DNA of 64,000 bases from Phoronis australis (taxonomy: Eukaryota; Animalia; Phoronida). Location: assembly GCA_002633005.1 (NCBI GenBank), contig NMRA01000011.1, positions 1,248,781 to 1,312,780 on the forward strand, written 5' to 3'. The notes below the pieces were generated by a model. That model did not search any database. It had not been told where the DNA came from and saw only the letters and a program-made list of their open reading frames with translations. The translations under genes and the position numbers were made by a program. This document shows positions 24,885 to 39,800 of this stretch, piece after piece. Within the stretch, counting starts at the first letter, position 1. Every line of letters starts with the position of its first letter.

Positions 24885-27800
24885 ATGCGCATCTCGGTCA
24901 AGAAGAAAGTTGCCCTGTTAGCTGTAACAACGCAATTTGTGGCTCTTACGGTATTTTTAACGGTTTTTCGAGACTGCTGTAATGAAGTGGACAGGCTGCC
25001 GTCCGGTTCTGAATCGAGTAATGTTGGTGGTCGTGACGTCTATAAAAGGGAACCTGTTGCTATTGTAAAATATTCTGGACGAAAAACATCCGCCTTGAGC
25101 AGCAGGAATAGGTCCAGAGTTGAATATGATAATTTTGCCAGTGATATGAGGACAAAAAATGTTGCATCTGAACATCTTCGGAAGACCGAAATTGACGATG
25201 TGTTCATCAGTGTTAAAACAAGTGGGAAATTTCATTCGACACGGCTGCAACTGCTGCTGGAGACGTGGGTTATAATGGCCAGGGACCAGGTTAGTAAGAA
25301 CTTATTTGAAATTTTTGATGTAACTTCATTGGAACCCTGGCTGAAAGGGTGGTATTTCTGTCCCAGAGCAAAACCTTCAAAATGGTAGTTTTTCATGGAA
25401 GCTCTGTACTAACACTTTTTTCTGGGTATATTCATTGTATCGAAGATTTCGTAATAAACATAAAAAAAAACACTTTCTCATGTACACTCTCACAATCAAT
25501 GGGTGACGTAATATTCCAGCTGCACTTTGTTGTGTAGTAGTTTTTAATCATTTTCTATTTGCTGTGTCAAAGCAACATATTGAATAAAATACTAAACATT
25601 CGTTAGTATGCTCCATTCCTTGGCTGTCTAGAGATTAAACATTGGATTTTTACGGTGCAAACCAGGCGTGCGTTCAGTAGATGCTAGGACCTATGCTAGA
25701 ACCTAGCTAAAACGTAGTCAAAGTCATGTGCTCTCATATAAAATGCACGGCAATATCTCACGTAATCTCGCGAAGTCTTGCTTTTTAGGGAGGTCCTAGC
25801 GTTACTGTGTTTTTCCTTGTCATGTACCATTGAGTACAAGAATAGATGAAAATAATATTTTCGGATTGAAAGGATTTCCTTCTTAAGAATGTTTTGACTT
25901 GGAGGCAATTAGGTTTGGTGCTTTGAACAGCTGAACATCTCAATTATATCGATGTATATTTACCAGACATTTGGCTGAAATGTCAGATTCCTCTGTCATT
26001 TGTGTTCTTGTTTAGCGCATCCCTGTTATTAGCTTCATTTGTTCTACTCAAAACACAGCCTTCTTATCATGCATGGAAACACAACCAGAGACTACAGTCG
26101 TCTCCATATTTTATTTCAGACTTACTTCTTCACCGATGTTGATGATCCTACTTTTCAGGAGAATACGAGTAAGTATATCTTCCCAAAACAATTCACAAAA
26201 TCCGTTGGAATGAACAAGCTTGGCTTTTGTTCACAAAGGGCCAAAAGTTGCCAATCCAAACCATTGTGTTAACCTGCCACTGTGTAGCTTGTATCAACAC
26301 ATTAAGTTCACTGTTACTCATAAGTGACATTGTTAAATATAATTCTCAACAAAAATAATATATTTTTATAAGGTCCTTATTACATCATTAATTTAAAATT
26401 CCTAGTGACAGCATTTTGGAGAACAGTCCTATGAAAAACAGTTTCTGAAAGTTTTCTATGATTCCAACCAGCCATTTCTAAGATACAATGTCCCAAATTT
26501 AGCCGAAGTTGGACATTTTTTGCCGGACTTCGGGTGACCTAAGTGACTTTTGCGGCATCTGGGATTTTAATAGCTTGACAGTGTACATCATCTGATTTGG
26601 TCTTCTCTAGTATTCAAAAGCACTGATTTCTGGTCAGACACTGGTTGTTAAAATTTTGAGTACTAGGTTCATATATCTGAATATTGCATTGGAATAAAAT
26701 CTGAAAATACAGTATCTGGCTACTTCTAACTACTTTGTACAGTCTAGGAGCCTACTTGTCATCAAAATCTGTATGTCCAGTTATAGCTAAGATGGCCATA
26801 GGAATATTATTCCAAAAGTGATGCATTTATTAGAAGTGGGAAATCATTGCAGCTAATGTAAAGTTAATAATTTGAAATTGACCGTCTTCCCGAGGCATGC
26901 TAATGGAGTGTATGCAAAATTGGAATCGAAATTACAACCAACCGGGTGTTAGAGTAGGCAGTGTGACCTAGTGTGCCCGCCTTCTTTACTTGAGGTCGTG
27001 GGTTCGAGTCCCACTGGGCCACACTGCTAGACCCTTGAGTCAGGTTTCTAGCTCCTCAACTCAGTTTTAACTACCGTATATATCAATAAAGCACAAAAAT
27101 AGTTCCAGGTGATCAGTGCAATGGGCCTACATGCGCGGCCTGCGCACGTGTGGTACAACTTTTACCAGACCGCCTGCAATTATTTTTTTAATATTATTAA
27201 CCGGGTGTTAGATAAGGCCAGATTTAACTTTGGTATGTCTGACCCTAGATGTGTGAACACAAGGTCAAATGTTATGTTAGTCTCGGATGTATAATTTTTA
27301 CAAAATGTATTCCCAGATTTCTGTGTGTAATGCAGTTCTGTTTAGAAGTCTGTACCTTGACTGTGGTAACTGGACAGCTGGAAATCCTCAATGGACATGC
27401 CATTCTGCATGTTTGAAAGTTGCCTGTTAATAGTTATATACACAGGTCAGCGTGATCACATGACACTCAGAAATGTTCAGTGAGGATGTTTGCCACTCCT
27501 GGAAGTCTTGTGGTATCTCTGGTTCTTTGAGAGACCTGCCACCTGTTGTAATAACTTATCAACTCATTCACATAAAAATTTTAGTCTGAAAAGTCTTGAA
27601 TAGCAGATATATGTTGTTTATGTGTGAAGAGTAGGGTAATTCAATAAACCATGGTATGGCATAATTGTGGTGTATACCTTCATGTAAGATGGCTCAAAAG
27701 GTCATGTGGGAATGTGATGTTGGAGGTTAAGAATTAGGAAATTATTTTCCTGTAATAGCTCCCTCAGGTAGGCTCAGGCCCTTCTTGGCTGATGGATTTT

Positions 27801-30800
27801 AGTTGTAGTTTAATCAAGTGCAACCAGCCGGCAATAATAAATTTGATAGTGGCTGAATTGGTTGTGTTATAATGAAGCTATACAGCTCATAGCCCTCTGG
27901 TTATTTGTAACTTGCTTTGATTCTTTTCAAGTCAATGTGGGTTTGAAGTGCATTCAGTTACAAAGAGTTAACTTAAAATGCCTGGCCTTTTGTTCAGCCT
28001 GAATTTAAATGGGACTGGTTAACAGTTATAGGCTGGAGCCAGTCAGGGGTACAACATTAATATTAATCATTATAAAAAGCTTTGCTTGGTTCAGGAGAGT
28101 GAGGTTGTTTGATTTTATTATCTGACACCATAATTTACTGAGAATTTAAAAATGAATAATTGCAGCTGTTGGAAGGCTGTTCAGGTGGGCTGATCACATG
28201 ATACCAAGCCGACGAGCTAGAGACCTGACTCAAGGGTCTAGCTGTTTGTCCCAATGCGAGACGAACCCACAACCTTGAGTAAAGAAAGCTTATGCTTATA
28301 CCACTAAGCCACACTGCCTTTCTGTGCTGGGAATGTAGATGGGGATGTAGAATGTTTTTTGTTGTTCTATGTTCAATATTTATTGTTGAAAACGACTACT
28401 TGAGGGTGACAGAATTCTGTCATAAGAGCGCATATGTGAAGTGAATTGTTTTAAGATATATACTCACAACTCACACTTCTAATCTAGTAATCACATGACA
28501 AAGCCATTCTTACAGCAAGACTGGGTGACTGTCTAAGCCTAACAACATTTGTTAGGACTTCAAGTTTTTATTAATTGGACAAAAATTACTTTGTTTCAAC
28601 TCCTCAAGTAAGCACTTAAAAATCTGTCATGGCCTTGACTCTGGATTATGTTGTTTGCTTAAAACAGTACTGAGCAGGCATGTTGGACTTTGTATCATTA
28701 GTCATGTGTTCAACGAAACGTCATTTATCTGGAGCAACCTGGAGTGTTTTTTACTATGAAGAAAAGTTTCGGTAATGACTTTTCAAGATGTTCTAATTAT
28801 ACGTTTTTATAGTACCTTTTGATTTTATAGCTTAATCCAACGCTAACCAAAGGAATTTTGAATGTAGATTCATTGTAGAGGGTCATTTTGAAAAAAAAAA
28901 TTGTGTCTATCAAAAGGAGGACTCCTCTGTGACTACCATATTCACAAAATGTTGCCTTTTTAGAATTGAACATTTCACCAGCATATGACTATGTTAGTCT
29001 TGATTGCTTGTTGTTTTATATTTTACATTTCACAAATCACAAATTGGTAACTGTCATGAAAGTGTAGGCTTTAGGGCTCCAACTGTTTTTGTAATCAAAG
29101 CAGTGACTAAATTGTCAATGTTGATGACTACATCAGCTGTTGGCTGGCAAATGTTAAACAATCTAATCTTTGGCAATTCATTAAGTACCAAAACTTAACA
29201 AAAAGGAAGGAAGTCATGGTGTCAGACATGTCAACAGATGGTAAAATTGATCTTAATTGTGGGAACATGGTTTTATGTTACCAGAAAAGAGACTGTCGCC
29301 CATCTCATTTTTTAAACTTTATCTTTGTCTTACCGCCAGAGTGTGTGTAGGACCTAAGTTGTCTTATATTCGTGTAGGTAGCCCTTGCTTCTAAATAATT
29401 TACAAAAGCTGCCTATATTGCTATATCTGCCCAAACAGCACACCTGGTACATGGCAACTTGACCAGTTATCACCAAGCTGTTGGTTTAATCTTTGTGAAG
29501 ACTGATTCAGTAAACAGTGAACATAAATTACAGTCCATAGGAGAAAGCTGGGATTATCCTAGGATTACCAGTGCACATGGCTGGCTAAACACAAAGCACT
29601 CATGAGACAACAGGTTTTTTCATAAAACTGCTGGTGTCAGTTTGACATTGAGAGGGGGTTTGTTACATTAGCTGTATCCCCTGAACCTATGCAGTTGTAA
29701 AGAGCTGATATGAAAGAACACAGGAGAATGTTTTGTGTTGAGCACATATCTGAGAAGAGAATAAATGTGTGTCCAGAGGGTCTCTTTACTAGGGCAAGTT
29801 GTACTGGGACCCAGGGCAAGTTTCCGTGGGAACTAAGGCATGCAGATAGACAGCTGCCGGGCTCTCAAAATATGTGAAAATGAGGAGGCAAATTTTGATT
29901 TTTTAGTCATCTTCAAGCAGAGTCTCATCCAGGATTTCAAAAATGGGGCGTCCAAAATGGGTTTCCCAATTTCTCAAGGTCTCCATGACTAGTCATCAAC
30001 TTTTTATTCTGGTCTGGCCAGTGAGCTCCCAGAGCTGTTGCTAGCAAGTGAAAAGAGAACCATGTTTTCTTGCTTTCTTTAATCTTTACTTTGGCTTCCA
30101 TGTGCTGAAAAAATGCACTGTAGTAAGAGTGCCTAAATTTGAGTCCCCTGGACCAAAGTTTTATTTGTGGTAGGGATTTGTGGTCTGTCTGGTTAGATAG
30201 ATACTCAATAGTTTGTGGTCTCCCCATGAATCTAATACAAAAGTGAAGAATGCTCAATGGCACAAAAGTTTATGTTTGTAACTACAGCATTCAGCTGGCC
30301 TCTGCTGTGTTCATTACAGCAGTTCTAAAGAAACTCATTTTAATCAGCGTCATTCACTTGTGTCTCACCCTCATTTTTGTAACCGAGAAAGTTGTTTCAA
30401 ACCATTACACTTGTGACATGTTAGGCAATAATAGGGTGATTAGTCTGTCATACCCTAGCAATAATTGCCTGGTTCACTGTTTTTTAATCACCAAACTCAG
30501 TTGAAGACGGGCTGCATTCTATATTTGGTTGTTCATTGTATGAGCTTTATTTATATTATTTTGTTCACTTTTTACCTAGAGTAATCCAAAGTTATATTGG
30601 ATTGAATTCTGTCCTACTGTTGCCTTGACAACAGTTGTGACATTGTAGGGTAATGTGGACATTCAACTGATCTGGTGTTGGTCTGTACACAGCTGGGGAG
30701 ATGATAGCGTGGGAACCAGCTACTCTTGTTGATAGCAGGTTTCTGATAGTGTCATGCTCTCTCCTCCACTAATTATTGTGTTTGTAGTCTAATCATGTCA

Positions 30801-33800
30801 TGCAAGTTGAACTTGAGAATATCAACAGGACACGCTCATATCAACTTGTCAATCAATTTTTTTCACTCAGTGTTTGAAGAGTTACTTCCCATTATGACTT
30901 ATCACATTTCAAGAATTTTTGGAGTTGTGCCAAATGTTGATTTTTTGTGGTGATGATGTGAACTGGTCCTTGATTTCATTGACTTTATTAAATTAAAGCC
31001 TTCTTTGAACAGGTTTTTGTTATTTTAGGTTATCGGGCCATCCGTATTGGGTAACCCTGGTAATACTTTAGTAACATCGATAATACATGTTTATTTGTCA
31101 GCAAAGCCTTGATACATCACTTATGTGGGGACACTTTGCTGTGGCGCCACTGTCATCTGTGACTTGCGTTACATAAAAATTTGTAAATATTGCGTTCGCT
31201 GTTAAGTACCAGTAACTGTAAGTTTCATTTCAGTTTGAAACTACAGCTCCTCCTTGTGGGAACTTTTCTGATCCTGTTGTCACCAAGCAGTGATTCGCAG
31301 TTATGTTGGTTAAGACCCAAGGCTAATAGGAAAACTCGCATTAACTTCATAAACCTTTAGTAGCAGAGATAACTCAGTGGCATTAGTGCAAAAATAATTT
31401 CATTGAAGTGCTCTTTGATTGCTCAATTTGGGCCAACAGGCCCATTAAATCGGAAGCGATAAAGGACGAAAAACTAACATGGCAAATAGGTCCTTCAAAT
31501 TGGCCCATGGATTTGACACCATGTGGGTCAATTTACCCACGTTTTTATAACATGATACCTGTATTGATGTACTGGGATGACGAAAAAAGCATGGCATTGG
31601 TGAAATGGGCTATTGATCTCATTTGATAGGTTTTATGAACTAGGTTTATACCATAATAAAACTGTGGACAATCCAGTCTTAATATGCTTTCAGAGCAGAA
31701 AGTTTTATCAGACTCCAGGACAGGGGAACTATCATTTGTAGGTAAATGTATATAAGATGGCCATCAGTGATATTGTTGATCATGTAGATGTTATTGTTGT
31801 CCCTTTATTTAACTTTTACTTTCCTCTGATTGATTGCTAATAACTGGTATCCAGCCACTGTTGATGTTTGACGATTATCTGATTGATTTAACAATGAGTG
31901 GAATTTAGACCTAAACATGTCATTCAGGCTTATATTCACAAACTACATGTCATTGTCATATGTTGAACCAAATGTGGTCTGTTATGTTTTGGCACACATC
32001 TTGTAACTTTTCAATTGTTTGTATGTAAAATACCATGTAACATGCAATGGTAGCAGAGTAGTTAAACACAACATCCAACAGGGTTATCTTTTGAGATCCA
32101 TAAACAGAGATCTCTTTATGCCTGTGCCTGCAATATTGGGCTAGAATTTGATCGCTGTCTTTGCCAAATAATTACCTAGTTTACTGGTAAATTCAGAAAA
32201 TTGAAAATTACATTAAGTACCAAAAGTTCTCCGTATTAGTTTCTTTTGGATATTAACTAAGCCAAAGTTTAAGCGGAATATATGATTTATATTTTTGTCA
32301 TTAAACGTGCCAGCTAAAGTATGATATTAATCCCAATGTTCACTTTTATTGCATAGCTTAATTGCAGACCAGTTAATTTTTATTGTTGTGCTGCTGAATC
32401 TATAAATTTAATCTATCTAGTTTATTCCCACCCTTTTGTACTTGATCCTGGGAACAGAACCTCTTATGATGTCATTTAATTAGGGTTACAGGCTGACAGT
32501 GTGTCAGTCTCCCCTTCTACTCCTGTCAGTATTGTTGATCATGATTACATGATCAACGTTTTGACATGATTAATTGGAATACAGTTAGATCACCTGTTGA
32601 CTGGCTGGTGATCTCCGCCTTTGTGTTGATCTCAAGTGGGTAAACACAATGGCAGCGTGTGGACTCAGATGTGCACTGGGGTCGTGAGAAAATTCTTTTT
32701 AATGCTCTTAAAGTTAGCTTGTATGTAAAATGGCCATTTGTTTTCAAATTTTCAAAGCCTCAATGCTCTTATGTTGTTTGGTTGTTGTGTGTTGCACACA
32801 CTGTCTTACAAGCTATGCACTCAATCTATTGTACATTGCTAACAACAAAGTTATCTTCACAATTATTTTGATGTTGAGAAATATGAGGAAATGAAATCTG
32901 TCCATAATATTGTGTCCCAAACTGTTTATTTTTTACTGGTTTAAATCTTACAGGTTATGATCTAAGTTAGCTCATTGGAATGGATATCTTCTGTCATTCC
33001 AATGTTTGTTTATAAACAGACATATCTGCTGTTCACTAAGGCCTACCTACTTTTAAGGTAGTTATTTGATCATCTCCATAATGCGTGTGTGTACCCAAGT
33101 GATACCAAGTGTGTGCTAGTGGCTGATGCTGCACCACTCAAGGCTACATTGTCTTCTAAGTTCTTATTTGGCTGGGTGGTGTCCTTGTGACTACTATAAG
33201 GTAGAATGTCGTCAATCTTGGGCTCAATGTGATGGACATGTGAAATGTAATTTTCTGATTTTCTAAAAAAGATATGTACATTCACCTCAATGCTAGAACC
33301 CTTGAAAAAAGAAGAAATCAGTTTAACAATTTTCTTACATGAAATTGGTGAAATTCTGCTGTGTAGCGCACTGTGTTCGTTGTACTGTTTGCTCTTCATG
33401 TCTTGTCGTGTTAAGAAAATCAAAAACAAAAATTCCCAATTTAGAAAATCTTTCTCCTGTTCAAAACATTGACATTTGTTTTAACATATAGAATTGTTGT
33501 TAAAACAAGCATTTATGTCTAGGTTTATTTTTCCCCATGGCCAGACATACAGTCAGTTCTGAATTTAGACTCTGTGGGGGGACTATTAATCTGTCTTCTA
33601 ATCATGGCTTAGCCTTTGAAGAAAGCTTTAACTAAGATGATATCTGAGGAACTGGATCCTTATGATTATCTTATTTTTCTTTTCTGAGTGCCATTACAAT
33701 TACAAAAACATGTTACTTTAAATAAATCCAGTGGTACGGCTATTTTTGTTAATTTTTTCACGGAACCGTCTGATTTAATTTGAAAGCTGTTTTGAATACT

Positions 33801-36800
33801 TAACTTTGACTTGTTCCTCTGTTTTCCAGATAACCATTTAGTGAACACTGGGTGTACGTCTATGCACAACAGGTAAGATATGTAGTGAATACAATTTGTT
33901 CATGCTGTACATAAATTGCCATTTATGAAAAACTATTAACACAGAAGCCTGTGCCTGGTTGCATGAAGCAGTCCCAAATAGGGACTCGACTAAGTTCCCT
34001 AAATCAACTGAGTATTTGTGGACTTTTATTAGTTTCATTACCAAGTCAATTTTGGGTTTTGATACAAATTTAAAGTGAACTTGACATTGAATTCTCAATA
34101 TTATCGGAAATAAATAGGGATCTTTTCATGCAATGCCCCTAAATTAAAACAAGTCCCTTTTTATTTTCATTGATTTCAGGGCTCAGTTTTTAGAAAAGTT
34201 ATTTGAAAATGTCATTAGTCAAAGAGGAACTCAAAATAAAGGCGAAGAATAAAGGACGCAAATAGGCAAAAGATTTAGGGAACTTAGTTGAGTCCCTTTT
34301 TGGGACTGTTTCATGCAACCCAGCACTGAAAGCTTAGCTAGATGGGTGGCTGTTTTAATCGGATGTATTGCTTGTGATTACTAATGTTTGTCTCTCATTA
34401 ATAGCTCTAATCCTTGTTCTAATGAAGTGCATACTGAAGCAATTACTCCTTCCTCATGTAATCAGTGGTAGAAAGTTTGTCAGTGACTGTGACTGACTAC
34501 TGTTTATCAATATCATCCCTGACCACAAGATTGCTGTGGTATGTTTTGGTAGCACAGTGTATAATTTTGATGAAAGCCTAAATTGAAGGTAACACATGCA
34601 AATTTTGTCTATATATCATATTTGTTGCTTCAAGGCATCAGATTAACGCATGTAATTGGTTTGCTTTTACTGATCCACTTTCAAAGTATTTGGTGCATTA
34701 TGGAGAAAACAGCAAGGAATAATATCTTTACATTGTAAATTTGTTGGTTTGGCAGTAATTGTTTCTATGTTTGTATCTTACAACCCATTGTGGCTTTCCA
34801 AAAGGTAAAAAAATTGACAACGATGACATGGCACCACTTTTTCGTGGTCAGCTCATTTATTTTAGCCTTCCTTGACCACACATTTAAGTGTTGCCTTTCT
34901 TCAAAAAGAACTTTCTTTTTTGTGTTTCTGGCCATTTTAGTGCTCCTCACAACAGTTGAGAGTTCCACTAAACCCAATTTAATTATTTAACTACCCTCTA
35001 GTTTAGAGGTACTTGAGCTTGACTTTTCAGGCCATCTTGCACAATCTTTATTAGATCTTATTTTGTTATAATCCAGACTGAGCTGTGGTCCTGGATAACA
35101 GGCTTACTTAACTAAGTTCAACAGAATGCAAAATGTACAGTGTTGGTCTCTATTGCTCTTTTCAGATTACTCATATTGTCTACTGAAGATAAAAACTGTA
35201 AATCATTTCTAACAATTATGCTATAACATGGAGGATGTTTCAAATACACTTTGTCCCATGGACAATTGTTTCTTCATCTGCTTGAAATTGTCATGTATGG
35301 CTTGTTTTGTCAGAAATATAATTTGTGTTTGTCCCTGGAATGCCTTTCAGTGGTAAAACAAGGTAATGCTGTGTTCACGTCTTCATTTCAAGTGATAAAT
35401 CTGCTCTTGTGTTGCTTTTTTATTGGGTTTATTGGTGAATGGTGTGCTGTGGTTACCATGGTGTGCTGTGGGGGGAGGGGACAGGGGAAGATCACAAATA
35501 CGTGGAAGATTTAGGGAACTTAGTTGAGTCCCAATTTGGGACTGCAACCAGCCCAGGCATCCCGCAATATAGAGTTATGTGGTGATAACTCTCAGCCCAA
35601 CCACCATTTTATTACTTCAGGCCAGTTTGTAAACTGTAATTCCTGACACTTGTCAAAACAAAAACATTATTTCCTGCACTACTGTTCTACCACCAAGGCA
35701 AGATGCCAGGCAGCTGTATGATTGTTTTAATTTAGCTGAGCCAGCGGTTGGTTTGTTTAGCAATGGATTTAGTTCCCCTATCCTAAGGTCAAAGGTCAGG
35801 GGTTTCCCATGACCTGAAGGTGTTGGTAAAAAAATTGTCCCGGTGCCACGGTCAAAAAAAAATTAAATTAATGGACTTGATCATTTTTTGTTTATCAGAA
35901 ATGGGTGTCGTTGTCATGTGTTGCGTTTGCAATGTTTTTCTTTCCATAACACATAGCACTATGCTGTTGCTATTATTTCTTTAAATTAATTAAGCAACTA
36001 ATCACACAAAAAGTACAAGTTGGTTGTTTGATTCGCATGCCATTCATACATCTTGCTGTTTCCTTAAATACATGTGTATAGTGCCATCCATACACATAAT
36101 TATCCTAGAACAACTCCTGGTCGAACGAGTTGCCGGTAGGTTTGACAGTTGTGTGGACGCTATTTAAACTAGTGCAAATTGCCTCACTTGTGACAACTTA
36201 CTGCACCTCATCGAGGTAGGGTAACTTGTTGTAGGGTATCTTGCTTCACTTCTAATTCCTGTGTGGCCGCAAACATGGGGCAAGGCTGAAGCAATTATCA
36301 GCTACGGTTACATACTGACGGGTGTTCTTTTGTGTACCATATTCACATCCGCTGTTCATTGTCATGCACAAAGTGACAATGTCCGCCTTGCGCTGGTTAT
36401 CAAATATGTGTGTGGGTTGGGCGTGTTGTTCTAGGGTCAGTCTGTCTGTACAGGAATTAAGCGTGTGGAAAATTCAATTTAAAAACTCGTTTATTAACGT
36501 GAAACAAGACCATTTGATTCTAACTTTCATAAAACCATCACTTTTACATTGAATGCATTTTTCTGTCTTGAATTAAGCTGTTAAGTTTTGATTGAGTAAA
36601 TTGATAGAAGACCTGTTTGCCATATTGAAATAAATACCACAAAAATTCCCATGGTTCTAATACAGTTTTTGGTGGATTATGGGCTTTCAGAGCATTTTTT
36701 CTGGGGCATTTGGTATTGTCTGCATCCGTTGTATAATACTTGAAATGTATTTTGGTTTTACTTTCAGACGATCGTTGTGCTGCAAGATGGGCGTTGAGTA

Positions 36801-39800
36801 CAACTACTTTATCAAGTCTAAGAAAAGGTTAGTTCACTACACTTTATCTTGTCCTACATTCCAGCTTTAGACTGACAAACTGTACTTACAACTCAATATG
36901 AAAACTGACCAATCACGTTCTGGAATGCTTTTAGGAAGCTTTTGCAATTTGGGTAGTCCTGTATAGTGCTTAAAGTGCAGTATTATCTCACCAATTTCGG
37001 ATAAAAATAAGTAACCAAAAATTGATTGTTCTTCATTTAGTCATAAGCTTCCAATTATTTCTGAAACATTTGTTTGACAGTAGCCTGTTTAGATCTTAAA
37101 ATTGACAAAACATATATTCGTTACTATGTGCTGCACCTGTCGTTTACTTCAGTTAGTGTCAGGTAAAACATCAACAGGGATATGAGGATATGATGATAGT
37201 TACTGTCATCTAAGTCTTAGTAATTCCAGTCTGGCATTTGTCTCGTTTCTCACTTTCAAATGATGGGTACACAGTCTTGTATGTTGGCTGGATTCTCTTC
37301 TAAGGCAGCTGTTTTGAGTGCAGAATTTAATGCAATCAGCCTGCTGTCTATGAGGTAATGGTCAAAGACTGTAGTCTGATTATGTCATGTTCTGAGAGCT
37401 TCAAGAATGTGAATAACATGTAGATCCATGCACACTGGTGGTTGGTTATATGAGTGTCTCTACTCTAAATATTTAGTCTCCACTCAGCTGGGATGTGCAG
37501 GGTAAATAAACATTCTTTACTGTGTGCCATCACCATAATGGCAGTTTCATCTGCTGTCTCTGGCAAGTATTTGACAACATTTTTTTTTCTATTTCTTACA
37601 AGTATTTGCAATGCTTAAAAACGGAGAAGGCAGTGTTTTAAACGTCAGTCAGTCTTGTTGTTTTTTTACTTTAAAAAAGTCAAAATGACACATTCATCTT
37701 AATGCTTTTTGTTGGCCAAAATCTGTGACTTCAGTCTGAGATATGGGAAGTTTCAGGGATGGGTTTAAGCACCCGAAAACCCCCGCATATTAGCAGCTTC
37801 ACCTGGTGGCACAGTTATGTGGTGGTAAACTACAGCCTTTAACCCCGCTTAATGAAATTTCAAAACTTTTGTTTCTTTTGACAAATGCAAAATGAAGATC
37901 AAGATTTGCCAACATACGTTCATCGGAAAATAGAATTGTCAGTTCAAGAAATGGCCAAAATAGTTGTCTACGCAATGTTTTTAAGACTTCTCATATTGTG
38001 TATGGTACTGCTGTGTATGGTACTCATTGGTGGATGGGCTTATTTTAATTCTCCACTTATTTCACACAAAAATAATTGTGAAAATTGTAATTTTTACATT
38101 TTCAAATGCTGATAACCTGGCTGCAAATAATGGGAACTTTACCTGATGTTTTTTATGACATCTACAGTATGCAGTACATACCAAGCTTATAATAGTAAAA
38201 TTTTCATAATCTATGATTTTGTGGAAAAATTTGACAAAATAAAATTTCACTTGTCTGCCATAATGTTCAATAGATAAAGAAGTGTAATTCTTGAATTTTG
38301 TCAGCTAGTGTTGCCTGTTTCTAAAGGCCCTTTGATATTGACTTAACTCCGGTCTGAGCCGAGCGTCGACGTAAACAGCGCAGTTAACTGGACGGTTCAT
38401 NTTTTTAAGAATTCTCATATTGTGTATGGTACTCCTGTGTATGGTACTGCTGTGTATGGTACTCATTGGTGGGTGGGCTTATTTTAATTCTCCACTTATT
38501 TCACACAAAAATAATTGTGAAAATTGTAATTTTTACATTTTCAAATGCTGATAACCTGGCTGCAAATAATGGGAACTTTACCTGATGTTTTTTTATGACA
38601 TCTACAGTACGCAGTACATACCAAGCTTATAATAGTAAATTTTTCATAATCTATGATTTTGTGGAAAAATTTGACAAAATAAAATTTCACTTGTCTGCCA
38701 TAATGTTCAATAGATAAAGAAGTGTAATTCTTGAATTTTGTCAGCTAGTGTTGCCTGTTTCTAAAGGCCCTTTGATATTGACTTAACTCCGGTCTGAGCC
38801 GAGCGTCGACGTAAACAGCGCAGTTAACTGGACGGTTCATACTGGCTTCGGTAGTTAATGAACATGGAAGCAAGCGATTGCTGCCGCTGTGGTCATCGAA
38901 GTTATCGCAATGTAGCATTGCACGCTAAGATTCTTTTCAATGTTTCAATTTGGAAACATTTACATGTGCTAAGTGACATTAAACGTATTTTTAAATTGAT
39001 TGGTTGTTATTGGCGCAAAATATAAGCAGCTATTAGTGACGGCACGAGCACTACCCTGTAACTGTTGACGATAAGAGTGGCACCTGGCGATAACTTCGAT
39101 TGGACCGAAGGTATGCGTTCATAGTGCACCGCAGCGTCGACGCTGCGCTATTAAATCCACCTGTTAACTACAATGTTAACTGGAGCTGTTAACTGCGATC
39201 CAGGACTGGAGTTAAGCATTCATACTGACCGCAACTCCCCAAACCATCGACGCGTCGACGTCAGTGTGAAAGGCCCTTAAAACTTGATACATGTGCTGAC
39301 CTTTACTGAAATAATGCATTTTTCACTGTCCAAATTAGGAGAATTTACAAAGTATTTAGACTGCTTGTGATCTCCACAACACCTGGTGAACACCACACAA
39401 GTGTTGTGATACTCTGTTTCTACTCTCAACACGCTGTGACTTGGGACAGTCAAAACATTGACGGTTTGAAGACCCTGATGTACCATAACAAAAGATGGAC
39501 AGAATATCACTGGAGCAGAGGTCTTTCATGCAATTATAAGGCCCGTTATAAACACAATTTGAACAGATATCTCGGACACCAATATGGATAAATGGAGAGG
39601 TCTGCATGCATGCTTTTAATTAGTATTCTAGAAGTCATCAAAGTTGTACTGTTATTATTATTTTGATATCTAGTTATGTTTGTGCGTATTTATATAGAAC
39701 CTAATTTCTTCAGACATCATTTCAACACGGCGTGAGTGTGTGTGTGTGTGTGTGTGTGTGAATGGCGCGTGAAAGTCCTTCCCCCCCACCCCCGATACCC

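Noticed and set aside
26954-27015. tRNA gene (GGTTCGAGTCCC T-loop motif; also at ~44308)
   Set aside because: No complete cloverleaf; it continues into a shared SINE body with an AT tail and TSD.
29238-29290. Candidate for the missing fringe exon (AG|AT GGT AAA ATT GAT CTT AAT TGT = NGKIDLNC)
   Set aside because: Weak acceptor, no phase-2 GT donor at the expected distance, and it lacks the conserved His; not supportable.
37980-38840. Biological tandem duplication
   Set aside because: Near-identical copies abut a single N; typical of an unmerged contig overlap or allelic haplotypes.
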